Assembly: GCF_009914755.1 (NCBI RefSeq)
Contig: NC_060930.1
DNA from: the human T2T-CHM13v2.0 reference genome, Homo sapiens
DNA length: 64,000 bases
Direction: 5' to 3' (one strand)
Below the pieces are notes generated by a model. It made no database searches. It worked only from the letters and a program-made list of their open reading frames with translations, and was not told the DNA's origin. A program made the position numbers and the translations under genes. This document shows positions 53,611-64,000 of the stretch, piece after piece (position 1 is the stretch's first letter; every line of letters begins with the position of its first letter).

Positions 53611-56581
53611 GTGGTGTCACTTCCACTTCCACCCCTTGATTCTTGGACGCATGAATCCTGGTTATGGGAGAAACAGTACCATATATTGGACCCTGATTGA
53701 GAGCATACACAGCCTTTTGGAGAACTTTGCCCCAGCCCTGCAAAGTATTGTCACCTAGTTGGCATTATAATTGTGACTTCAAAAGGCCATTACACCATCC
53801 TATCAATCCAGCTGCTTCAGGATGATGGGGAACAAGGTAAGACCAGTGAATTCCATGAGCATGAGCCCACTGCTGCACTACTTTAGCCATAAAGTGAGCG
53901 CCTTGGTCAGAGTCAATGCTCTATGGAACACCATGACGGTGGATAAGGCATTCCTTGAGTCCACGGATGGTAGTCTTGGCAGAAGCATTGCATGCAGAAT
54001 AAGCAATCCCATATCCAGAGTTTCTATTCCAGTGAGGACAAACCTCTGCCCTTTCCTTGATGGAAGAGGTCCAGTATAATCAACCTGCCACCAGATAGCT
54101 GGCAGATCACCCAGAGAATAATGCCATATCGAGGGCTCAATGTTGGTCTCTGCTGCTGGCAAATTGGTCACTCAGCAGTGGCTGTAGCCAAGTCAGCCTT
54201 GGTGAATGGAAGTCCAAGTTGCTAAGCCCATGCATAACCTCCATCCCTGCCACCATGGCCATTTTGTTCATGGGCCCATTGGGCGATGACAGGGGTGGCT
54301 GGGGAAAAAAGGCTGAGTGATGTCCACAGAACAGGTCATCCTATCCATTTGATTATGAAACTCCTCCTCTGCTGAGGTAACCCGTTGGTGAGCACTTACA
54401 TGGGAAACAAAAATATTCAGTTTTTGACCACTCAGAGAGGTCCATCCACATATCTCTTCCCCAAATTTCTTTGTCACCAATTTTCCAATCATGCTTCTTC
54501 CAAGTTCCTGACCATCCAGCCAAACCATTGGCTACAGCCCATCGAGTCAGTATATAATCACACATCTGGGCATTTCTCCTTCCATGCAAATTGCACAACC
54601 AGGAGCATGGCTCAACATTCTGCCCACTTGGAAGACTTCCCTTTGCCGCTGTCCTTCAGGGATGTCCTAGAAAGGGGCTGTAGTGCTGCAGCTGTCCACT
54701 TTCAGGTGGTGCCTGCCTATCATGCAGAACCATGTGTGAACCAGGCCCTAGTCTTCTCTTCCTCCATCAGCTGATCATAGGGAACTCCCCATGAGGTCAT
54801 AGGTGCAGGCTTGCAGAGAGAAAGCAGGGTGGCAAGAGTGGAGACCATGGGCATTTGAGTCACTTCCTCATGTAACTTACTTGTCCTTTCAGTACTTGCA
54901 CTAGCCCAATAGCATATATACCACTTCCATTTGATGATGGAATGCTGCTGTGCACGACCCGCTTCATGGCTAGATAGGTCAGAAAGCAACCAGTTCATGA
55001 TAGGCACTTCAGGTCACAAGGTGACTTGATGACCCATAGTCAAATGTTCAGTTTCCACCAAAGCCCAGTAACAGTCCAAGAGCTGTCTCTCAAAAAGAGA
55101 GTAGTTATTTGCAGAAGATGGCAAGGCCTTACTCCAAATTCCCAGAGGCCTCCACTGTGATTCATCAATGGGAGTCTGCCAAAGGCTCCAAACAGCATTG
55201 CTATCTGCCACTGACACCTCAGGCACCATTGGATCTGCTGGGTCATATGGCCCAAATCGCAGAGCAACTTGCACGGCAGCCTCGACCTGTTGCAGAACCT
55301 TCTCCTGATCTGGACCCCACTCAAAACTGGCAGCCTTTCAGGTCACTCAATAAATGGGCCAGAGTAACACACCCAAATGAGGAATGTGCTGCCTCCAAAA
55401 TCCAAATAGGCCCACTAAGCATTGTGCCTCTTTCATGGTTGTAGGAGGGGTCAAATGCAGCAACTTATCCCTCACCTTAGAAGGAATATCTCAACAGGCC
55501 CCACACCACTGGACCCCTAGAAATTTTGCTGAGATAGAAGGTCCCTGAATTTTAGTCAGATTTATTTCCCATCCTCTGGTACACAAATGTCTCACCAATA
55601 AGTCCAGTGTGTTTGCTACTTCTTGCTCACTGGATCCCATTAGCATAACGCCATCAATGTAATGGACCAGTGTGATACCTTGCAGAAGCAAAAAGCTATC
55701 AAGTTCTCTCCAAATAAGATTATGACACAAAGCTGGTGAGTTGATATATGCCTGAGGTAGGACAGTAAAGGTATATTGAAACAGCTGAAGGCAAATTGCT
55801 TCTGGTGGGCCTTATAGACAGGAATATAGAAAAAGGGATTTGCCAAGTCAATGGCTGCATACCAGGTACCAGGAGATGTGTTAATTTGTTCAAGCAATGA
55901 AACCACACCTGGTACAGCAGCTGCAATTGGAGTCACCACTTGGTTAAGCTTATGATAATCCACTGTCATTCTCCAAGATCCATCTGTCTTCTGCACAGGC
56001 CAAATGGGAGAGTTTAACGGAGATGTGGTGGGAATCACCACCCCTGTATCCTTCAAGTCCTTGATGGGGGCTCTAACCTCCACAATACCTCCAGAGATGT
56101 GATATGGTGTTTGATTTACTATTTTTATAGGTAGAGTCGGCTCTGATGGCTTCCATTTGGCCTTTCCCACCATAATAGCCCTCACCCTACCAGTCAGGAA
56201 GCCAGCGTGGGGGTTCTGCCAGCTGCTAAGTATGTCTGTGCCAATTGTGCATTCTAGCACTAGGGAAATGACCACAGGATGACTCTGGGGACCTACTGGA
56301 CCCACTGTAATTTGGACCTGAACTAAAACTCCATTAATTACCTGACCTCCACAAGCCCCTACTTTAACAGAGGACCACAATGACATTTTGGGTCCCCTGG
56401 AATCAATGTCAGCTCAGAACAAGTGTCCAGTAGTCCCTGAAATATCTGATCATTTCCCTTTCCCCAATGCACAGTTACTCTGGTAAAAGGCCAGGGTCTC
56501 CTTGGGGAAGGATGGGAGATTCACTGCATAAATTATCAGTAGTGTAGTGGGGTCCTTCCTCAAGGGGACCTAGCCTCCCCT
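53611..56581 (-). pseudogene. HERV-L pro-pol, disrupted
   Basis: Protease motif reads LLDTC (56419-56427, normally DTG). RT motif reads YIDG (55650-55661, normally YIDD). Several stops and frameshifts; longest open piece 55640-56386. Confidence 0.93.
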
Positions 56582-58290
56582 TCATTCAAGGAGTTCTGTG
56601 TCTGTAAACTGGCTCAAGTCTGGAAACCGATTGAGGGGCTGTGGTTCTCTCCTCTTATAATTCAAATTAGTCTTTTGTCCGTTTGATCTAGAAGTTTTCT
56701 GCTTGTATAAATTAAGTAGGAATGCAGTAGGCTTCCTAACAATTTCACTTCTAGGAACACTGTGGTTAATTATCCAATGCTAGAGCTCTACAAGAGTCAG
56801 ACTATTCTGATTGCCACTTTGCCTCTGCTGTCCATTATGGTAGTTACGTCCACCTTGTCTTTGATGGTTGAGTGCCACCACTTGGCCCCTGCCACCTTGG
56901 GATCCAATTATTCCCATTATATTTAAATTTTGTAGTTGAGTGACTGTTGTTCCCACCATTAGATCTGACGTACAGAAAACAGCAATTACAGGGCTCTTCA
57001 AAAATGCAGGTGCTGCCCTCACAAATCTATTTCACAAGTAACTGGTCAAGGGTATATCTTCTGGACCCTCCCAGCTGGGAAGACTAGGTCTAAAGTGACT
57101 AATCCACTCTAGTCTTCCAATCTCCCTAAGCCTTTGAATCCCTTCCTCTACACTAAACCAACGGAGATCAGGTATTTCTAGCTTGCTCCCAGTGGGCCAT
57201 CTTTTAATCCATATTTCAGCTAACCAAGCAAATAAACTATCAGAACCTTTTTTTTTAAACTCCCTGAGCTGCAACATTAAAAACAGAGTCCCTACTTTGT
57301 GTGCCCAAATCAATAAATTCAACCTGATCCAACTCTGTGTTCCTTCCACCATTATCCCATACCGTTAATATCCATTCCCATGCCTGTTCTATTTCTGCTT
57401 ATATAAATTAGAGAACTCAAACAGTTCTTTTCGAGTATAGCACACCTCCTCATGGGTCACACTCTCAACCTCACCTCTTGGGGCCCACCAGGTCTTTAGT
57501 TATAGGTCTAGAAGCAAACAGGAGTATTGGGGGTGCCTCCGGAGGAGAATCAACGTTATTTTGCCTGGCAACTGCCTCGGGGAGGCTGTCACTGTTGCCT
57601 TAGGCAGCACAGGGTTTATCCCCTCAGACAAAGGTGGAAAGGCTGATGGCAGCATGGGTTGGGGAGGGAATGTTGTCACCACTGGGGATGGGGAAGCTGT
57701 TCCTTCTGGCAAACAAGGTCCATCAGAGTTTACAAACTCAGTGTCCCCAGCTTCAGCAGGGTCCCACACATCCCCATTCCAAGTTGCAGGGTCCCATTCT
57801 TTTCCAATCAATGCTCTCACTTTAACAGTAGACACCTGACAAGGTTGTGCATGCACCTTTCATTGCAGGTCAGCCACTCGCATGATAAGAGCTTGTGTCT
57901 GTTTTTCCACAATTTCAGTTCTTTTTCTACAGGGGATAAGACTCTCACTCAGGGCAATCTTAGCAGATTTGAGGCTCAGTATCTGCTTCTGAAGCCGGGA
58001 GACAGAATCCCTGAGTTCACCAATTTCTCTCATCATTTTGTCCACTGAACTTAGGAGTAACCAACCAGCCTCACTATATTCCTTGGTTCTCCACGTATGG
58101 TCAAAGGTATTATCTATAGAGCCACTAAACTCCTTGCCTCTCACGAGCAGTGAATCAGGAATGTCAAATGCATTTATTCTATATAACTCTCTAGTTTACA
58201 CCAAGGACTATCAGTGGTCTCCATACTATTAGAAGTAGAGCCCTTAGCATTTTGGGGTCCAATCATATTAAACAGCAAACTCCAGAAACC
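56582..58290 (-). pseudogene. HERV-L gag, disrupted
   Basis: KVRALIGKEWDPATWNGDVW and WFSVEEGIQRLREIG peptides spread over several frames; TGA at 56582-56584 at the gag-pro junction. Confidence 0.9.
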
Positions 58291-58337
58291 CCAAAACCAA
58301 TGAAAGAACTCCATCCTTAATATTCTGTTCCTCTAGA

Positions 58338-58353
58338 ACCACTCCTGGTACCA
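58338..58353 (-). promoter_or_regulatory. HERV-L primer binding site (tRNA-Leu type)
   Basis: Minus strand TGGTACCAGGAGTGGT, 5 nt inside the LTR end. Confidence 0.85.
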
Positions 58354-58358
58354 AAATC

Positions 58359-58743
58359 TGTACTAGTCAGGGTTCTCTTAGAAGGACAGAACTAATAGGA
58401 GGTATATATATAATATATATTTATATTATATATAGTATATATTACATATTATATATTATATATTTTATATATATATATATAAAGTTTTAACTTTATTGGA
58501 AGAAATATGGGAGAAAGATGTAGGCTGGGAGACTAGGCCCGTCTTGCCTCTTCACATTTTTCTGTCGGCTTTATATTCTCTGGAGTCTGCTTAGACGGTG
58601 CCCACCTGATTAAGGGTGAGTCTGCCTTTCCTAGCCCACTGACTCAAATGTTAGTCTTCTTTGGAACACCCTCACAGACACACCCAGGATCAATATTGCA
58701 TCCTTCAATCCAATCAAGTTGACACTCAGTATTAACCATCACA
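58359..58743 (-). mobile_element. MLT2A1/A2 5' LTR with internal deletion and (TA)n tract
   Basis: Minus strand begins TGTGATGGTTAATACTGAGTGTCAACTTGATTGGATTGAAGG and ends ...GAACCCTGACTAGTACA. Confidence 0.95.
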
Positions 58744-59599
58744 ACAACCATTCAGTCAAAACCTCGACAATCTCAGTTTTAAATATTGTATCCTATTATC
58801 ACAGTCACTGCTCTTAACTATTATACATCCCTGTCTCTATAAATTTTGAAAATGCCTTAAGTATCTGAAGTACATTTTCTGTATACCTCCCATAATAAAA
58901 GAAAATTACTCAAATGTCTTCAAACCATGCTCCTATTTGATGTTCAGAAAAGTAGTCACTAATACATAGGTCACTGGAAAAATACCTAGCTGTCTCTTAC
59001 AGCAGTTCCACCATATTTTAAATAAAACACAAGTCATATGCACATCTCTTATTTGGATACTCCAGCAACACTCAGATAATGACGCTTAAAAATACCCATG
59101 ATCATTCCAAAGGATAGCTGCTGATAACCACTTGAGGAAACACACAAATTATTTAATGTTCTATACTTAGTATATAGCACATTTTTCTGAATATGCATTG
59201 GGTGGGAAATTACTGATAATTCTGGAATAAGGGAAATTAGCTTCAAGATTTCCAAAGCTATTCCTGGCTGTCACTTCAGATCAAAATCTTTAGCCAATCC
59301 AGGTAGTTCCTCATGTCTAAATTTGTAATAATTATGCTTTACCATTGTGTATGAGGTAAGAATTAACCACCTGTACTTGGCACATTAAGAAACTTCTAGA
59401 CAAGCTTTCTCTCTTATATTATTTAGTGCTGTGTACTCCCCTTCTAGTAGAGGTTTACTTACAGTAAAAGGAGAAGATGCACAAACGGAATGCATCTGAA
59501 ACCTTTAGAAGAGAAGAAATATCTGCGGGCCTTGGTATAATCTGCAGCTAATGTGAGCATTCTTGCACAGAAGCAAAAATAATGGAAGCTTTTGGTAAA

Positions 59600-60850
59600 C
59601 CCAACACAACTGGCAACTCTCTATTTTTTTAATCATTTCCTACCTTCCTCATGGATGTTCTCTTAATTCTCTGACCATGTTTTTAAGACTCATATGTTAG
59701 ACATTTTTCCTCTAACCAAATATAATGTCATTCCCTAGGGTTCTCTCTTCCAGTCTCTTCTCTTCTATTTGCTCTCCTTAGATAATTTAATTTACACCTA
59801 TGACTAATATTTAAACTCACGATTTTCAAGTGTACACCATCAATTCCATTCTCTTTTCTAGGCCTGACATCCTATTCATCTTCAATCTTATGACCTTCAG
59901 ACAGTTCATTCATACAGAGTCTAAAACTAAACTCAAAATCCCATTGTCCTTAAAATTTTACCTTTCCCAATGTTTCCAAACACAATTAACAGGATCTACA
60001 TCTAATCAATAAACTGAACTAGAAACTTGAGATCATTCTGTTTATTTTACTAGACTGTAAGCCACATGATTGTAAGAACTTTGCCTCACTAGTCCCCATA
60101 TACACAACAGGTAGCAAAGCACCAGGCATATGGCAGGTGCTTAGTAAATATGTAATCAATAGATTAATAAACCTTTGACTCATTCTTTTCCCTTTTCTTA
60201 TTACTCATCTGGTTACTAAATTTTGTAGCTCTGTTCTAGAAGCATTTCTGGAATTCATCCTCTTTTTTCCATTTCTCCTGCCCCTGTCATGGACTTCTTT
60301 TCTGTATCTTATTCTTCTCATGGTCGTACATCCTCCACACTGCCACAAAGTTATCTTTCCAAAATAAAATTCGGTCACCAAGGGAACATTCCTGTTGGTC
60401 TCTCAAACTCTTCAACATGGGCTTCAGTCCAAATGTTTAGCTCTCACCATCTGGCATTTCTCTAATATAAACCTTACGGTCTACCCAGTTGGACTTGTTT
60501 TCATTCTTAAACACAGTGCATATTCTTCTATTTCCCATTAATTTGTTCATACTCTTCTCTTTGTCTGAAATGCTCTTCCACTCTTCTTGTCTCCTGGCAA
60601 GGCAAATCAACATTATCTCCTCTGTGAAATTTTCTCTTTCCCATAGATTCTTCCTATCTTGTTTGCCCATTGCCATTTGCTCAGCATTCTCTCAAGGACT
60701 TTCATATTATTTTTATTTCATGTTGATTTTGTCTGCCACATCATAAGATTCTTAAAGAAGGAACCATGCTGAATTTGTTTTTACTGCTCCCACTCCCCAG
60801 CAAGTATAGCATATAGTGGCCATTCAGTACATATTTTAAATTGAGTCATT
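59600..60850 (+). mobile_element. L2 relic, with a second L2 3' end nested at ~60050-60170
   Basis: Pyrimidine-rich L2 ORF2 text (ttccctagggttctctcttc; atcctccacactgccacaaagttatctt) and two L2 termini (ggcaggtgcttagtaaatat; tagtggccattcagtacatat). Confidence 0.75.
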
Positions 60851-60985
60851 GTGTGGCATATTGAGGAGAAACTTTAAGTCTGTATTGAATATGAAGTGGA
60901 TGCTTGGCAGTATGCTTGTACCAAAATTCTGGAAAACTTCAAAATACCACGCAAAACTAGTGATTAAAGCATTATTACTACTAAA

Positions 60986-62303
60986 GACTTAAATCTAAAA
61001 CTGCTAAAATAAAACATTGGAGAAAAGCTCCAGGACATTGGCCTGGGAAAAATTTTCATGAGTAGTAATAGCCCACAAGAGCAGGCAATCAAAGCAAATA
61101 TGGACAAATGGGATCACATCGAGTTAAAAGCTTCTGCACAGCAAATGATACAAAAAACAAAGTGAAGAGACAACCCACAGAATGGGAGAAAATATTTGCA
61201 AACTACCCATCTGACAAAGGATTAATAACCAGAACACATAAGGAGCTCAAACAACTCTGTAGGAAAGAATCTGATAATCTGATCAAAAATGGGCAAAAGA
61301 TTTGAATAGACATTCTCAAAAAACAAGACATACAAATGGAAAACAGGCATATGAAAATGTGCTCAATATCATTGATCATCAGAGAAATGCAAATCAATTT
61401 TGCGTTTCATCAGAGAAATGGAAAACTACAATGTCGTATCATCTCTTCCCAGTTAAAATGGCTTATATCCAAAAGACAGGCAATAACAAATGCTGGCAAG
61501 GATGTGGAGAAAAGGGAACCCTTGTCCACTGTTGGTGGGAATGTAAATTAGTACAGCCACTATAGAGAAGAGCCTGGAGGTTCCTCAAAAAACTAAAAAT
61601 TGAGCTACCATAAGATTCAGCAGTCCTACTGCTGGGTATACGCCCAAAAGAAAGGAAATCAGTGTATCAAAGAGATATCCTCACTCCTATGTTTGTGCAG
61701 CACCATTTATAACAGTTAAGATTTGGAAGCAATCTAAGTGTCCATCAACAGATGAATGGATAAAGAAAATTGATACATATTCACAATACAGTACTATTCA
61801 GCCATAAAAAAAGAATGAGATTCTGTCATTTGCAACAACATGGATGGAACTGGAGATCCTCATCTTAAGTGAAATAAACCAGGCACAGACAAACATTGTA
61901 TTTTCTCACTTATGTGTGGGACTTAAAAATCAAAACAATTGAACTCATGAACATAGGTAGTAGAAGGATGGTTACAAGAGGGTGGGAAAGGCAGCATGGG
62001 GCTGGGGAAGAGGTGGGGATGATCAATGGGTACAAAAAAATAGAAAGAATAAATACCTATTAATTGAGAGCACAATAGGGTGACTATAGTCAATAACAAC
62101 TTAATTATACATTTTAAAATAACTTACAGAGTGTAAATCGATTTTTTGTAACTCAAAGGACAAATGCTTGAGGGCATGGAGACCCCATTTTCTATAATGT
62201 GATTATTTCACATTGCACACCTGTATCAAAACATCTCATGTACCTCACAGATATATACATCTACTATGTACCTATAAAAATTAAATATAATTTTTTTAAA
62301 AAA
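60986..62303 (+). mobile_element. L1MA (MA1-3-like) 5'-truncated LINE-1
   Basis: ORF2 remnant [30 protein letters not shown]; L1MA 3' UTR; TSD attactactaaa at 60974 and 62305. Confidence 0.94.
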
Positions 62304-63719
62304 CATTACTACTAAAACTCAGGTTATACAATGGAATAGGGCAAAGGGCTGAGAGAAGAGACAGAGAGCAGTTAGCAGTTTGTTTTTATGTGTGTAAGAA
62401 TTATGTGGACAATTTTCACTTTTCTGACCTTGAATCATAAGCCTCCAAGGAGTCCACCTACACATGGTTTCCTGATGAGGTCAGCATGAGCCCTACTCCA
62501 GTACTTGCTACAGTTGTTTATCTAAGCAGGAGCAAGTAACAACTGGTACAGTTTCAACCTACAGTGAGTGGAATGAAAAATAGTTTGGCACAGACATCAA
62601 AACTATGTTAACATCATCAAGCACTGAGGTAGGGGTGGGACAAGCTTTATCCTACTTTACTTTCTGGAAATTATCTTTCCTCTATTTACAATACATTATG
62701 ATCCTCTGGATAGGTGCTGATAGATGTGTGAGAGTCTGTGTCATTGTATGTCATTATATACATATATCTTTATTTCATTTATTCCATCAGCAATATAAAC
62801 TGATTAAAGATGGTTCTATATCTAATAGAATTAATACATTTTCAAAAACTAAAAGAAATATATTCTGCTTGAAATAATCCTATGTTGTTTAAAGATCTCT
62901 GAATTGAGTCTGTATGTATAGATAACAAAAGGCCATAGTTGTATTTTTGAATTTTAACTTACCTACATTTCACTTTACCTTTAGCCCCCCATGATATCCT
63001 CTATCTAACACAGCAAGTGCCTTGGATTTACATCAATATCAGTGGCTTGTTTGCTTTTTTAATACTTAATAAAGATTTCTACTATTTGATCTGAAATTTG
63101 CCTATGAAAAGAGCATTGCACTTGGTAGATACATAGCAAAATGTTGCTATTCAAATGAATGATTAATATAAAGAGGACTGGCATCCTTAGTTGGTAATCT
63201 AGGGCCACATATGAGTGGGAACCTTGTAGCGCACTGCTAAGCCACAGACTCCTGCCATGCTGGGGTTGAAGGGGGAAAGAGCCTTACAAATCCCATCAGG
63301 GCCAACCTTCTCAGCATCCATAGATATGGATCTTTGCCAAAGAAGATAATCCCCTCTGCTCCCCACCACTACTGGTTTGATGGTATTAAGTCCTTCAATT
63401 TGAGACAGAAATTCTCCTCTCACCATTGGAGGGAGGTATAAAACCCAACTGAGACAGGAACATAAGACTATACTGATTTAACCACGTGATAAGTAAGAAT
63501 TAGTAAACAAAATCAGAACTTTTCATAAAGTCTTTTTAAGTTATGTTTTGGATGAGTAACATCTTCAGGGAAAGTAAGCATGAGGAATAAACCTAAAAGG
63601 ATGACAAAAAGGGAATTTCCAACTTGATGGGGGAAAGCATAATGAAGAAAGACTTAAATGAAAATAAATTTGTATTTATTGAAATCACTTGCTCACAACT
63701 GATCAAAAATGATAAAACC

Positions 63720-63960
63720 AATAATAGTGATAATAATTGAGTGTTGTTATATGCAAAATAATAAGCTAACCATTTTTTATAGGGTTATCTGATTTAATCC
63801 TCTAACAGAATCATGGGAGGCAAGTAATATTGTCCTCATTTCACAAATAAATGTTGCAGGTGTTCATTAACTTCCTCAAGGTCATATAGTTTAAAAAGTT
63901 TTGCAACTGAAATGGATTCTTAGGTCTGTCTGCCTCTAAATCCCATGCTCTTTCTTATAA
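63720..63960 (-). mobile_element. MIR
   Basis: atttaatcctctaacagaatcatgggaggcaagta...cctcaaggtcatatag...aggtctgtctgcctctaaatcccatgctctt. Confidence 0.85.
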
Positions 63961-64000
63961 AACACAAGTTATATTTATATAATACTTTCCACACAGGTGT

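Larger units (their letters stand above)
53277..58743 (-). mobile_element. HERV-L provirus (MLT2A LTR): 5' LTR, gag, pro, RT, RNase H, IN and partial dUTPase; 3' end collapsed
   Basis: ORF-track peptides match ERV-L ([56 protein letters not shown]). Flanks accac (53272) / acaac (58744) fit a 5-bp TSD with one change. Confidence 0.96.

Noticed and set aside
55640-56386. 248-aa ORF as a domesticated retroviral gene
   Set aside because: It is a fragment that starts after the mutated protease active site and frameshifts before the RT YxDD motif, as expected for a decaying HERV-L.

Overview
This is primate (very probably human) non-coding DNA, intergenic or deep intronic, and roughly half of it is fossil mobile elements. 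I can support no intact protein-coding gene, RNA gene or CRISPR array. It contains a nearly full-length processed RPL5 pseudogene (1-1036), eight Alus, several L1 3' fragments, L2/MIR relics and DNA-transposon fossils (Tigger1, MADE1, hAT). Class III (ERVL/MaLR) LTR elements are notably dense: two degraded LTR16-type ERVL proviruses, a HERV-L/MLT2A provirus (53277-58743, minus) and several solo LTRs. All recognisable ORF-track products are decayed RPL5, L1, Alu, Tigger1 or ERV sequence. I found no convincing new protein-based system. The best unexplained signals are: (1) a 206-bp imperfect hairpin at 31033-31238 with a TATA box about 30 nt upstream; (2) a ~240-bp local duplication whose breakpoint abuts a 15-bp fold-back; (3) several other templated-insertion scars, including the collapsed HERV-L 3' end; and (4) repeat-free, motif-rich islands that may be enhancers. 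Repeat subfamily names come from my recollection of consensus sequences, not a database search. Boundaries of old repeats are approximate.
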